A stretch of DNA of 63,068 nucleotides, the filler included, from Collodictyon triciliatum (taxonomy: Eukaryota), in assembly GCA_043381765.1 (NCBI GenBank). It is 31 parts of 31 records of this genome, joined end to end, with 100 filler letters (N's around TTAATTAATTAA, not from the genome) between each part and the next. Parts side by side here need not be neighbours in the genome. Positions count along the whole stretch, not along the records: positions 22,460 to 24,402 come from JBHJMP010009866.1; positions 24,503 to 26,443 come from JBHJMP010009867.1; positions 26,544 to 28,482 come from JBHJMP010009868.1; positions 28,583 to 30,522 come from JBHJMP010009869.1; positions 30,623 to 32,561 come from JBHJMP010009870.1; positions 32,662 to 34,599 come from JBHJMP010009871.1; positions 34,700 to 36,636 come from JBHJMP010009872.1; positions 36,737 to 38,672 come from JBHJMP010009873.1; 23 more parts are not named here. One strand, written 5' to 3'. The translations under genes were made by a program, and so were the position numbers. The notes under the pieces were generated by a model, which worked only from the letters and a program-made list of their open reading frames with translations, was not told where the DNA came from and ran no database searches. Of the stretch, positions 23,799 to 37,580 are shown in pieces (the stretch's first letter is position 1; each line of letters opens with the position of its first letter).

Positions 23799-23866
23799 CG
23801 GCTAGCGAACCAAAGCCAACATCCCCCCTCGGTCCTGCACAAAGTTGAAAGGAAGAATAAAAAAAA
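23799..23866 (+). mobile_element. 68-nt retroposed insertion (second 3'-end family) with 15-bp target-site duplication
   Basis: Perfect direct repeat TGACATGGTATATTG at 23784-23798 and 23867-23881. The insert ends GAAAGGAAGAATAAAAAAAA and is absent from copy D. Confidence 0.82.
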
Positions 23867-24718
23867 TGACATGGTATATTGTTAGTTCTTATAGAGATTG
23901 GTTGAAACAGTTTTGTTCCACTGTCCTTAAAAATGCGATACATGTAAATCAGACATGGAATGCACTTATTTGGATTGACTTTGACGATATATTTGATACC
24001 ATTTACAATATCGCTGGGAATGATATGATGCAAATGCTTCATAGCCCATTATTTATATTTTTCCAGTATTTCGAGTTTCTTGAAGATGGCTTTTTTTTTT
24101 TAACTTTCGTAACTCTGCCATTTTAATGGCATCCGTAATATTCTCATCTTTAGGAACTTTTGATTTATAAAGCGCAGTAACCTCTTTACAAAATTTTCCT
24201 TATTGTTACTATGAGAAACTGTTAACATTTGCTTCGCCAGGTACGGTAATACATGAGACAATCCGACCAACGGAAAGCGCTCTTCTCGGGTCAAAAGGAA
24301 TCGAAAATCATTGAGATAAAAAAGTCATCATGTCGATACTCAATTCTGGTTTGTTTTTTTTTTTAATCTTGCTGGTCTATCTTGTGGAACTATTCCGACA
24401 GTNNNNNNNNNNNNNNNNNNNNNNNNNNNNNNNNNNNNNNNNNNNNTTAATTAATTAANNNNNNNNNNNNNNNNNNNNNNNNNNNNNNNNNNNNNNNNNN
24501 NNTATTTGTGTTACTTATTTGTGTTACTTATTTGTGTTACTTATTTGTGTTACTTATTTGTGTTACTTATTTGTGTTACTTATTTGTGTTACTTATTTGT
24601 GTTACTTATTTGCGTTACTTATTTGTGCACATTATGTTAATTATTTATCATTTATTTCATCAAAATTTAAAGGAGCAAAATACCCGCTCCAAACTTATCG
24701 TATTTATAACTACCACAG

Positions 24719-25662
24719 ATTCAAGGAATCTGCTATCACGTTTATTCCTTGCAGTGGGATGACAGGAGAAGGCCTCAAGGTTAGAAAAGATCTTCCGTGG
24801 TATACGGGACCATCGATTTATGACGCAATCGGTAAGAGAATGCTTGTTTACAATGCCCTTAGCCCGACTGAGTATCAATCCTTGTCATTCCACCATATGT
24901 AGATGCACTCCCCACCGTGGCAAGACCGATCGAAAAACCATTGAGAATGGCTATCACAGATTTTTATCGCAGCATGAATTTAGGAACGACTGTTGCTGGT
25001 CGAATTGAATCAGGCATCATATGTGTTGGCGACAATGTATGTTGTGCATACTTTTTTTTTAATAGAAAACACTAATCATTCACACATATTCATTAAATCT
25101 TGATTTGGTTTTTTCTTTTTTTTCTTTTTCTTATTATTTTTTCTCTTTCTCTTATTATTTATTATTATTTCTTATTTTTCATTTCCCATGTCCCGTTTCT
25201 CGTTTCTCGTTTCTCGTTTCTCGTTTCTCGTTTCTCGTTTCTCGTTTCTCGTTTCTCGTTTCTCGTTTCTCGTTTCTTTGGAATATGGGAGTATAGGTTG
25301 TTGCTATGCCTTCTAATGAACGCGCTGTTGTCAAAGGTAAAAATAAATCGTATGAACCTAAACTCATTTTTTTTAGAAAAAACCTAGATTGTGTATGTGT
25401 TTGTGATGAATTGCTCCTTTTCTCGTACAATATATATGCTAGCCATCGAACTCAATAAGACTCAAGTACCTTGGGCCAAGGCTGGAGACAATCCTGAAAT
25501 CGGCCTAACAGGAATCGATGCAATATCGCTGGGGTAAGGATGTACTTGTCTCCTTTGGTTTTGCTTTCAAAGTTGGATTATGAGTAATGTCGCCTCCTCA
25601 ACGCTTACAAAGATTTCATCACCTCTAGGATTGGGCATGTGATTTGTGACCCGGAGAATCTA
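24719..25662 (+). CDS. HBS1: HBS1-like (EF-1alpha/eRF3 family) translational GTPase, multi-exon internal fragment
   Basis: FIPCSGMTGEGL..PWYTGPSIYDAI | DALP..RPIEKPLRMAITDFYRS..VAGRIESG | AKAGDNPEIGLTGID | IGHVICDP. Confidence 0.75.
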
Positions 25663-28378
25663 GTAAAATTCAAAATATATTTATTATTAGTAAACGATCT
25701 AGAGCCTTTTGTAGTGTAATCTGCTTTGTATTGACATGTATTTATAATAATAATAATCATGCTTCTGGTCATTCTTACCGATTGAAATAACCTTTTTTTG
25801 CTTCGAAGATACCCGTTGTGTCTAAATTTCAAGCTACGGTTCTGACGATGAATATTCTTCAACCGATAACAAGTGGTGCGACTTTAGATAGTTTATAATT
25901 TGTTATCATTTGACGTCTTTGTTGTTTTTGTTTACTTTGCTTCGAATTTTGGAATTTTAGATGTATTTTATAAGGCCTTTGGTTTGATTTAATTTATCGT
26001 CAACCCCTCGCGACGAGCTTTTTTCATAGTCACCGAGAGAATTACCAACACATTTCGAAAGAAAATTTCGCATTATAATGACGGCATTATTTTACATACC
26101 TCGGCGTCTTCTCCTTGATTGTCCCTTCCACCGACTAATTAAGATAATCACAGGTTATCAAGCCGTTCTGTATATTCAAAGTGTCAGCGAAGATGCAGTC
26201 GTGACCAAGCTGATTACTCTGTATGAGAAAGCCACTGGCTTGCCGACCGGAAAGAAACCAAGGTTTTTTGCTTTTTGATGCAATTTTTTATTTTTAGTTT
26301 GTTCTTACTTTTTTTTTCTTCTTTTTTGTGTTTTGTTTTTTGGTTTTTGTTTTTTTTGTTTTTTGTTTTTTGTTTTTTGTTTTTTGTTTTTTGTTTTTTG
26401 TTTTTTGTTTTTTGTTTTTTGTTTTTTGTTTTTTGTTTTTTGTNNNNNNNNNNNNNNNNNNNNNNNNNNNNNNNNNNNNNNNNNNNNTTAATTAATTAAN
26501 NNNNNNNNNNNNNNNNNNNNNNNNNNNNNNNNNNNNNNNNNNNTTTGCCTTAAACTTGTGCCTTTTGAAATGATGTTTGCCCTCTTTTCCCCTTGTTATA
26601 TTTTTGTTTTATTGTTTTATTGTTTTATTGTTTTATTGTTTTATTGTTTTATTGTTTTATTGTTTTATTGTTTTATTGTTTTATTGTTTTATTGTTTTAT
26701 TGTTTTTGCGTTGAAAGATGACTTCAAAATACAAAACGAGCTAGTAATCTTTTAAATATGTGTAGAAATGAATATCACAATCTGCATTCTTCCAAAAAGA
26801 ATTAATGTAGAGTCGACATATATTTTTTTTTTCATCTGAAATAGGTTTCAACTCTGTTTATCAGCCGCGTGGCGATAAAGGCTGGTTAGCATTGGTGTAA
26901 TTTTTCCAGAGTCCTGCTTCTGATTCCCACGGAACATGTTTGTTCAATCATGCTGATATAGCTCGTAAGTAAATAAGCGGTGATTTTGGAGATATAAATA
27001 AAGGATAATCCGGAAATCGGTGTGTGTACCCCCCTTCAGTATTTCCTTGTGTATTGCAACACCTAAAAAAAAAAGGGGGGGCGGGGGGCAGTTTTCTTAA
27101 TTCCCTTTCGGTGTATAAAGTGTTTGATTGCTTGTTAATGAGACGAAGGTGCACCGCTGATTGGATATTATCTTCAAAGTAATTCTTCAACACCCAATTA
27201 TAAGCTGTTGGTTTTGTTTTTTGCTTTTTGAACTTTTACTCTGTCCATTGTATATATCGAAGGGAAGAAAGAAAAATTGTCTAAATAACTTAGGATTATG
27301 GAAAGCGATTAAACATCTTACCGACCACACTACTTTTTGTTTTGGTATTGGGAAGGAGGGCTTCAGGAACTAAGCTGATTGAATTTGGCTCCAATGTTTT
27401 CCTGGGTGTTCAAATTGGAAAATTCAGCTAGTTACAGAAAAAAATGCAACTTATGTGTAGACTGGCATATGTTCTATTATTTTATAGAATCATCGCATGT
27501 AGCAAGAGAAAAATACTTGATAATCCGACAAAGTAATACTCCACCAGAGCCTTGTGAGGAACAAATGACCCTATAACATTTTGATAAGTAATTCATTTTT
27601 CCACTCTAATTCGATATTTTGATAATGACTAAATAAATAGTAAAATCTCTTTTTTTTTTAAAAAAAAAAAAGCAACTAGCTAAAAAAAAAAAACCGGGGA
27701 TGGCGGCTGGAAAGAAATTTTTAACATATATGCACAATTAGCCTTGTGTTAGTTTGGATTTATTAAGATATAAAAAAATTAGGAGAAAGATTACATTGAA
27801 AACTCAGGGACATAATACAGAATCGATAGTCTGTCCATCCCTTGCAGATAACTACGAAAAGGTTCGTCTGTATGGTTTGGCCTTCGAAAAAAAAAAAGCT
27901 AAGTTTCTGTGTGCTTATGTCTCTGTGTTTTTCGCAGCCTAGCATTTCTTTTCTTACACAAGCCATCCATAATGAATCACAACATACTATCATAATCATG
28001 TGAATTATCAGCCAAGCTACATTTAAAAAGAAAAAGGATTGCGTGTATTGACAGTACGTCATTCACGGATGCGGTTGATATCTTACCTGGGCATTAGTTT
28101 CCCAGACGAATAGATGAGATTCATATCCATATCCATGATATTAATTCCGCTCTTGTCGACCCCGAGGATGTAATATAAATCCTTTTAACTATAAATCGAA
28201 TTATGCACTGTTTAGTACGCTGAAAAGAGTCAATAAGAAGAGAAGGCAAACGTGGAATGCTCCTTGTCACAATTAAATGATGAGAACTTACATCAATTTT
28301 TGTTTGAGGGACGCGTTGGAGGTTTGGAAGATTGAAAATCAGCATGCTTGTTTATATAATTGCGCTTGTAGAGGAGAA

Positions 28379-28411
<33 letters not shown>

Positions 28412-29276
28412 GATAATGATAATGATAATGATAATGATAATGATAATGATAATGATAATGATAATGATAATGATAATGATAANNNNNNNNNNNNNNNNNN
28501 NNNNNNNNNNNNNNNNNNNNNNNNNNTTAATTAATTAANNNNNNNNNNNNNNNNNNNNNNNNNNNNNNNNNNNNNNNNNNNNTTTCTTTTGTTTTCTTTT
28601 GTTTTCTTTTGTTTTCTTTTGTTTTCTTTTGTTTTCTTTTGTTTTCTTTTGTTTTCTTTTGTTTTCTTTTGTTTTCTTTTGGTTACTTTTTGTTTTCTTT
28701 TGTTTTCTTTTGTTTTCTTTATTTTCTTTTTTTCTTGTTTTGATTTAATTTTGCAATCCAAAATTTATATCCACGCGGCAGTCCCTCTTACAAATATGGA
28801 AAATATAGTATATATTGTAAATTATATTCTCTATTCTTTATAATCTAATATAAATACTATATTAGCTATATATTAGTAATATAAAGTATAAAGTTCATGC
28901 ATCTAACGCTTGCTCACCATAACATGTGGCGTGCCAACTGTGGAACTATAGCACACAAGCTATATGCACTACGACATAGCGAGGGAGGCCTTGATCGATG
29001 AATCAAAGTAAAGGGCAAAGGAAGGGAGTTTTATTATGTCGAGTTCTTCAGCGGCAGGTGTGGGTGAGTAATCCTGGTGTTAATCTACAACGAACAAAAA
29101 GCCTTAAACCGATGCACACAACTATGTCAATGAAAGTTTTGTAGCACAACCTTCTTTAGAAATAGAAGAAAAAAAAAACTCAAGAGAAAAAGAGCACAAG
29201 ACAAACGTCGTTAAACTAACACCCACAAAATCAAATCCTGGAGCTCTTATTTTAAAGAATGTTATTGCTTTTCTAA

Positions 29277-29414
<138 letters not shown>

Positions 29415-29871
29415 ACTATGACGTTGATAGCTCGGTCAGTCAACGGAATAAATAAGAAATAGAGCCCAACACACACGCACTGCAAGCATTTCACAGCAGC
29501 TGCACCCTATTCTTGGCAGTACCGATAACCTCTATTCCAACCGTAAAGCTGGGGCTGGGAAATAAGACGGGCCGCCCCAGAATCTGAATAAGAGAAAGAA
29601 ACGCCGTCTTTGCTACATTCCTTATAGCTGCCCTATTATTCGTTTTACTGCTTACTTTGTAGACAAACTCTCTTACACCTTGTGTGGACCCAATTTGTAC
29701 CTTCCATAGGTAGAAATCCACACCACAGAGGCAACTCCAAAGCTTTAGGCGAACAAAAACGCGAACAAAAGCAAAAAAAAACAAAAACAAAAACAAAAAC
29801 AAAAACAAAAACAAAAACAAAAACAAAAACAAAAACAAAAACAAAAACAAAACAAAAAAACGTAAGCCTCG

Positions 29872-30262
29872 ATGTTCAAGTTCAAAAGCTCCAAAGTTAT
29901 CTATGTGACTGATGGCTCGGGTGTGGTGATAGAGCCGCAAAATCCAAGTGGGTCCAGTTCAGGTTCCAGCTCAAATCAATCCATACGTGTCGACACGGAG
30001 CCTGGCAAAGAGGCTACACACTCAGTCCATAGTCAATCTGCTGCAGCTGATGATTTACAGACTAAAAAGCCCGAGAATCGGACAGGCTTGTTGGTATCAC
30101 ACCTGAAGCTCAAAGCATTGACGGTCTTACCTGCGTTCAAAACACGCGCACAGAAGGAGCAGCAACAACAGCGGCAGCAGAAGGTGGCCGATAATGTAGA
30201 CAGCGAGATGGAGAAGGGCAGAGTCAAGGTTGAAGTGTGGGATGAGAATCTAGAGATATTGG
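29872..30262 (+). CDS. Exon of an unknown protein (low complexity)
   Basis: Open, codon-like 130-aa stretch ending at a GT donor after DENLEIL. Confidence 0.4.
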
Positions 30263-30427
30263 TGCGTATATCGTACTTTTGTGCTTCTTTACTTGTTTGT
30301 GTGTTTTCAGTGTAGTCACACCTGGTATTTTGGTTGATTCATGTATATATATGTATACATAAATGATTCTTTTTTTTGGATTATTCTTAGTAATGAGTTT
30401 TTTTTTCAATTCTTGGTGGTAATCAGC

Positions 30428-30522
<95 letters not shown>

Positions 30523-30685
30523 NNNNNNNNNNNNNNNNNNNNNNNNNNNNNNNNNNNNNNNNNNNNTTAATTAATTAANNNNNNNNNNNNNNNNNNNNNN
30601 NNNNNNNNNNNNNNNNNNNNNNAAAAAAAAATTCTGACGGATGAATAAACGAATTTTTTTTTTTTAAAAATTTAAAAAGAAAGGT

Positions 30686-31588
30686 CTACCGAAACTTGAA
30701 AGATGTCAAACGTATTATCAGCGGCCAGACCGACCAAGGTTCCGGTTGGGTCGAATGTTATGAAGGATGCATCATAATAGTCCCGTGAAATGGGATGCAG
30801 TTGTGTATCAACTTTGTAAACAATAAAAACAAAAACAAAAACAAAAACAATAATAATGATAGAAAAGAAATCAAATTGTTGGATGATACTGGGTTTTCTA
30901 TGAAAAAAAAAACTCTAAATTAACAAAAGAAAATAGAAAAATGTTCATAACATAACACAATATAATTAAGCATAACAAACGTGTGTCTCGGGTTCGGAGT
31001 ATATCACGGAACAGCATTACGTCCTTTGAAACAGTACACATTTGAAACAACTAATCATAATCCAAAAAGAAGAAGAAAACTTCTATGAATAAACGTTTGA
31101 ATTACAGATACTTAATCATAAATTGTAGATCATTTGATATATACTGGTTTATATATTGTTGATCTTTCCTAACGGGATTATCGATTCCCGAATTCAAAAA
31201 AATGTGGAGCAAAGTTGAAGCATAAAGCGTCGGCTGAGCGTTGATGCGCACTTAGTAAAGTAACCGGCTAAGATTGCATACGTATGAGCGATTCGGTATT
31301 AATCTCAACAAATGAAACATCTTAAAACTGTATTTATTGCCGAGATTGATCAACATGCAGAAAGGAAAGCATAAATATGAATAATTTCATGTAATTCATA
31401 TATCAATGCAGAAGCGTAATTAAACTGATTAGAAGGGCAAACGGACTACAAAAAAAAAATAGTTATGAGAGGATGACGAACTAATAACAAAAAGAACATT
31501 GAATTAAAAAGAAAAGGAAAAGGAAATGAGAAAGGAAAAGGAAAACAAAAAGGAAAAAGTCACTGCACTTACCTATTGGAAAGGACAT
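30686..31588 (-). CDS. First two exons of a possible beta-propeller protein (MSFPI|VDTQLHPISRDYYDASFITFDPTGTLVGLAADNTFDIFQVS)
   Basis: GTAAGT donor after MSFPI joins in frame to an exon at ~30686-30811. FDPTG..L is a WD-like strand. Confidence 0.4.
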
Positions 31589-32799
31589 GTTAAGTTGCAC
31601 AGCAGCAGCGCATTCTGAGGCGGGGCAGACAAGCGAAGCAGAAGCAGAGGATAGCACCGAGCCGTCGGACCGGAGGGTGGGCGTGGCTGCAGATTCTGTG
31701 CGCGTGGGTGGGTTTTAAGGGCTTGTTCATTGGGTTTTTTCTTTGGTGTATGTGTGTTGGAGGCTGTTTAGTATATTATTTGCTATAGGCTTTGCATTAT
31801 CACAATAACAGAGAAATGAATTGCCGGAAAAGAAAAGGTCGACGCATGCAAAATAATTCGTCTACCACTTACCCACTAGAGCTGCTGGGTTAAGTCTGCT
31901 TAGATTGAGAAATAATTGAATCGGCGGAAATTGTCTAAGTACATTTATAGCATCATCTGTATGAAATTAATACTGCATATTCAAGCAGTTATAATGTTAG
32001 CATGATATATCCCACATTTGTATAATTTTTTTGAATTTATTTTCCATTTTTGTATAATTTTCATATAAAATCTTTTATGCAAATGTGGATAGAATTCGTC
32101 ATTTGGTTTTTTCAATCTGGTATTTTTGTCCAAGACTTCATCCGTTCTCTGGTTTCCGTTGGGTTCGCAATTCTCCGAAGCCGAAGAACAACACTCTCGA
32201 CGGTAAAGTTCCCTTCGTGGTTCGGGCATCCTATCACTCTCGAGGAATACCTGCAGCACTTTCTGTGCCTGCACTGGTTCTCGAAGGTGCTCTTTTGCGA
32301 TTGAGAGGGTTGAAAAATAAACAAGAAAAAGCTCGCACTGTTAACTAATCATGTTTGTATCAAGCAAGCAGCGTTAAGGATGGGTGGCGCTTCTCCGCCA
32401 ACAAATTCCAGGTCGTTTTAGATGTATGGTTTGTTTTTACTTATTTAAAGAACACTTGGACAAATAATTCGTGACAACATACATACATACATACATACAT
32501 ACATACATACATACATACATACATACATACATACATACATACATACATACATACATACATANNNNNNNNNNNNNNNNNNNNNNNNNNNNNNNNNNNNNNN
32601 NNNNNTTAATTAATTAANNNNNNNNNNNNNNNNNNNNNNNNNNNNNNNNNNNNNNNNNNNNTGTTATTATTGTTGTTATTATTGTTGTTATTATTGTTGT
32701 TATTATTGTTGTTATTATTGTTGTTATTATTGTTGTTATTATTGTTGTTATTATTGTTTTTATAAAAAAAAATATCAAGGAAAAGAAAAAGGGTAAAAT

Positions 32800-33776
32800 A
32801 TACCTTCTTTTGTGTCTGTGAACCCAACCGCAGCAATATCGGGCGATGAGTTAGAGTCCTCTTGTTCTTGTAGACCGACCAGCGGACGTGCAGATACAGC
32901 CAGCCTGGAGGATATACAGCTTTCTGCATGGGTAAGTGGGCCATCACTGGTGGTTTTCTTTGCCTCTTCTACTCTGTGGATTTTTGGGGACGGGGATGAC
33001 GGCTCATCGCATTGCGCATCTGTGCTTCTCTTTATCCCTTGGCTTTTTTGAGACCTATTCTGGCTTTCAGGGGAGGGGAACCCTGATTTCAAGGAGAGGG
33101 TACTTGGCGCCTTTGGCAAAGAGACCATTGCTTGGTTATGTGCTTGAGTCGATTCATTTGCTGATAAGTGGTCAATCCCAAGTGCAGAAGAGGCTGCAAG
33201 TTCATTTGGATTTGATTTTTGGGCCAACAACCTGGGTGATGGTGCTGGCCAGACCGAGCGATGGCATCCAGCCACTGGACTCAATGTCTGCTGATGTGGA
33301 AATACAACAGATGATGGAACGTGGTACATGTGGGCGTATTGTCCCTGAGCGAAGGCAAAATGTTGTGGATACACATATGGATTGTATACAAGGAATTGAT
33401 ACGGATGTACAAGTCTTGCTGCATCTGCGCTCTGATGAGGAGCTTCTCCTGTTGATGGGGCCCCGCGAATGCTGTCCAAATCAGCCGCTGCCTGACCAAA
33501 AGGGCTGGGATATGTGTAGGAAAGGATAGACAGAGGCAGCGGGAGGGGTGGAGCTGAAGGCAAGAAATGAGGCTGGTATTGGGGAATGGCCGACGTGGTT
33601 GGTTGGTTGGTCGGGCGGACATTTGTTGTTTGCAAAGGTGGATCTGACACTGTATATGAGGTGTTAAACAGGAGGCTGGGTTGGACGGTTGTTGGCCCAG
33701 GAGAGAAACTCTCTGAATGCGAATGGCTAGTCTCATTCAGTTGCTCGTCTGCGAGGGTAGTTCGTGTGTAGAGCAC
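32800..33776 (-). CDS. Large exon of a Pro/Ser/Gln-rich, probably disordered protein
   Basis: 333-codon ORF with low-complexity composition, ending at a GT donor before an (AAC/AAT) repeat. Confidence 0.55.
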
Positions 33777-34699
33777 CTCTGATGCTGCTTTCTCTCTATG
33801 CGTTTTATCTCATAAGAAAGAGAAATCGTGCTCGTTCGATGGAACGGGGTGGTGTTCAGGAAAATACAGTTGGACAGGGAACAAAAGAAACCCATGAGTG
33901 AATGCAACTTTCAGCAGGACGTAAATTCGAATGAGGAGACAGACGTGGCTGGTCTGGGGCTTTGACATCGGCCGAATTCGTTGCATCCTTCGAAGAACAG
34001 CTCCTCTAGAAAGTCATATGATAGGTCTGAGCTGCTATTGGGGTTCCTGGTGAATAGCATTTCATAATATGATTAGCAGCTGGCTTAACTTGCAAATAAT
34101 GCATGAAGTTGGGTGGGATTTTTATTTGGGTAGTTCCGATTGGAATTATTCTAAGACAAATATGTATCATGGATATAGATAAATCTTTTTTATCACTGAG
34201 CAGGTGCTGCTCATAATTGTACGAATAAATTAATTTTTTTGGTAAGCAGCGCCCTTTAGCATCCTTACTGGACAAGATCGTCTTTGCTGGTTTCCATCGG
34301 CCGTGATGAATCAAGTTGGCAGAAAGTTTCTTCTTCAAAGGCTGCAATACTAAAGGACTATACTAATAATTTCCCTCTTTTTCGTATTATTAGCTTGAAG
34401 TTCCTCTCCTATTTTTATCTCTTTTTTGGACCCAATATACCTTGTTGAAAAGATGTTTGTGTGTTTGTTTTCCTACTTTAGATAAGAAAAGGTCTGATAA
34501 GATGCTAAGTATAGTAAGAGAAACAATTAACAGCTTAGTCTGTCGTGAATAAAAAAAAATAGTAAGAGAAACAATTCATTCAACACAATTGTAAAAAAAN
34601 NNNNNNNNNNNNNNNNNNNNNNNNNNNNNNNNNNNNNNNNNNNTTAATTAATTAANNNNNNNNNNNNNNNNNNNNNNNNNNNNNNNNNNNNNNNNNNNN

Positions 34700-35081
34700 C
34701 CAAACGTTTTGAAACAAGTTAGTGTAGGTGAATTCAGAACCTCCAAGATGTGCTGCAACTGCGAAAAAGAACTGGAATATATGCAATTGAAAGGAAATAC
34801 AATAAAGGTGTATATATGTCACACATGTAAAGAATGCAATCACTCAGAAAGCAACCAAAGTGTATTCTTGACAAGGGACTTTAGCAGCGCTCAAAATATA
34901 CTCAAGAAAGTTCTTTTAATCCCCCGATAAATGCATACACTTTTCTCTAAAAAAAAAAAACAGACTGTCGGGTCTCTCCTGGCAGCCTTCACCACTACAC
35001 GACACTTGTGAAAAAAGCAGTGAGTCCTTGGATACCAGCGCACCAGGTTTACCAATCTTTCGGTTGGTGGGCTCTTCGTAA
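34700..35081 (+). mobile_element. Fanzor1-like transposon copy C (3' end only; contig starts inside it)
   Basis: VGEFRTSKMCCNCEKELEYM..ICHTCKECNHSESNQSVFLTRDFSSAQNIL gives RuvC-II Glu, Zn ribbon and RuvC-III Asp in one frame. Confidence 0.9.
34962..35081 (+). ncRNA. Putative Fanzor omegaRNA scaffold, copy C
   Basis: Same three-hairpin layout. The terminal stem GGTTTACCAA/TTGGTGGGCT keeps pairing through G-U substitutions. Confidence 0.65.
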
Positions 35082-35703
35082 TTACCTAACAAAGGAGAAT
35101 TGCTCGAAGGCACGCGGTGCAAGGGTCTGGAGTTCGTTTGGGAAAATCCAGAATAAGGTTTCTCCACAAATAGAATTTCTTAACTGGGAATTGGAATGAC
35201 AAAAGAGCACAGGCCCGCGAAGGAAAACAAGTGAAACGGAGCGGATTGGACGGGGACGGGTTTCTCCGTCTGGCGCTGTGATCTGCGTCTGGCCTTTGAG
35301 CGCTGCTGTTGGAGTCAGTCTGGGCCATACGCGCCCGAGCCTTTTTTTTCTTTATTCTCTTATTTTTGTACTTTATTCATTATTTGTTATTGACTCTATA
35401 TTCTTTCTATATTTTCTTTTTCATCTTTATCTTTATCTATATCTTTTCTTTTCTTTTTCTTTTTCTTTTTCTTTTTCTTTTTCTTTTTCGTTTTCGTTTT
35501 CTTTTTCCTTTTTCTTTTTCTTTATTCTTTATTCTTTGTTCTTTTTCTTTTTCATTGGACTTTTCATTTTTCTTTGTTTTTCATCATTTTTCTTATTCTT
35601 TTTTCCTTTTCTTCTTTACTTTTCTTTTTTCTTTCCCTGGTCTTTTTTCGTTTCCTTTTTCGTTATACTTTACTGTTCTTTTGTGTGGTAGCAAAAAGGC
35701 AAG

Positions 35704-36279
35704 ATGGACGGTCGAGAGAGCGACCTGCAAGTGTCCCCGCTCGAAGTCTTGCGCCGGCAAAAGGACGCCATCATTTACACTTTGGAGCAGGAGGTCGTGG
35801 AGTACAAGGAAAAGTGCAACTTGGCCGGAGGTATCCAATAAACCAGCCCTGCGCTTTTGAGTTGTGCACCTTCATTATAGATTTTCTTGAATCTCTTTCG
35901 CCGTACTGGTCACATGCTCTCAGCTACCATCACTTCATTGTAGGGTACGGCCTTGACCTTCAAAGAAAATTACAAAGCTCCAAGGACGAGGTATACTCGA
36001 TGAAAAAAATATTTATTTATATATTTATTTATTTATCTATTTATTTATTTACCTCAGCAGCAATTGCTGAAGCTTCGTATGGATAGTGACATGTTATATG
36101 TACTGGCACCACTGGTGTATGTTATCCCGAGCTTTTCATGATGCATATTCCCATCTTGGGAATTATTTTCTTTTTATATTTTTTTATGAAACCACAAGGT
36201 TCAGCTACTTCAAATCAAGTTAGACGAAGCCCACGAAGAGAATCGAAGACTACGTAATGATTACGCTTCACTCAAGATG
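35704..36279 (+). CDS. Coiled-coil protein, 5' exons
   Basis: MDGRESDLQVSPLEVLRRQKDAIIYTLEQEV.. | GYGLDLQRKLQSSKDE | VQLLQIKLDEAHEENRRLR joined across GT-AG introns. Confidence 0.6.
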
Positions 36280-37580
36280 GTAAATAGTCTTCTTTTTTTT
36301 TTTTTTTTTTTACATGGGCTCGTGTGTTTGTATTTTTCGTCTTCGATTTTCACAGAAGAATCTCTGTTATGGCTGACTATTCTTTTGTCAGGGTCACAGT
36401 CTTGTTTTTTCTCTTCACCTTTTCATTTTCTTCTTTACCTTTAGCTTTTTTACTCTTTTTTACTCTTTTTTACTCTTTTTTACTCTTTTTTTACTCTTTT
36501 TTACTCTTTTTTACTCTTTTTTACTCTTTTTAACTCTTTTTTACTCTTTTTTACTCTTTTTTACTCTTTTTTACTCTTTTTTACTCTTTTTTACTCTTTT
36601 TTACTCTTTTTTACTCTTTTTTACTCTTTTACTCTTNNNNNNNNNNNNNNNNNNNNNNNNNNNNNNNNNNNNNNNNNNNNTTAATTAATTAANNNNNNNN
36701 NNNNNNNNNNNNNNNNNNNNNNNNNNNNNNNNNNNNTTTTTGTTTTTTTGTTTTTTTGTTTTTTTGTTTTTTTGTTTTTTTGTTTATCCAGACTAGTGCA
36801 AATAGGAATCATAAAATACTATTAAATTATCTAAAAAGCAGGATATCTTGCGAGGATTGATATAGCCTGCTCGCCATTTTAGTGGTGCGTTCATTCGTTG
36901 CTAATATATGTATACAGTCTGCTTCAAGGCGAAGTAAATGGGGGGAATGGGCTCGTCTACATTATTTTTTTCACAACCAAATCAAAATGACTCACCGGCG
37001 CTATTATGTTGCTCCACATGTTAACACCATTCTTTGACCTAAAGGGATGTTTATCGAGCTGATAACCTTTTGAAAAACGTAAGATATCACGAAACAAGAC
37101 ATGTTGCTATTTTTTTATTCCATTTTATAGAAACTTCTGCAGAGTTCTTGTGCAAAAAAAAAAAAAAGAGAAAAAGAGTGTGTGATATTGAAACATAAAA
37201 TTATATAACAAGAATAAAAAGAATTAAAGATAGTAGTCGTGGAGAAAGTGTGACACTCTGGTGCCTTTGAACTCCCGAGACGATACAACTTTTATTCAAG
37301 GAAGAAGAAAGAAGAAAGGCGACGTGTAATACGTATGGATATCATATGTTGTTGGTGAACAACAGCACAGACACCAACAAACAAACAAACAAACAAACAA
37401 ACAAACAAACAAACAAACAAACAAACAAACAAACAAACAAACAAACAAACAAACAAACAAACAAACAAACAAACAAACAAACAAAAGCCCTCGGTACAGC
37501 GCAGGAAAGAAAAACAAAACAAAACAAAACAAAAAAACAGAAAACAACAACAGAAAAAAAACAACAACAGAAAACAGGCG

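Larger units (their letters stand above)
22475..24402 (-). mobile_element. Fanzor1-like transposon copy B (longest copy, pseudogenised; 5' end cut by contig end)
   Basis: YLAKQMLT..NNKENFVKRLLRFIN, FQPISIRTNNIPCHINIDT, FKYMIQTDSLAVS, GVDAGKFNL (RuvC-I), FGKDVVLVYGDWS, VDEFRTSKMC (RuvC-II), RDFISAN (RuvC-III). Many frameshifts and two small insertions. Confidence 0.9.

Noticed and set aside
26544-28482. Short ORFs and G-rich patches in this contig
   Set aside because: No recognisable motif, consistent exon chain or repeat match; left unannotated.
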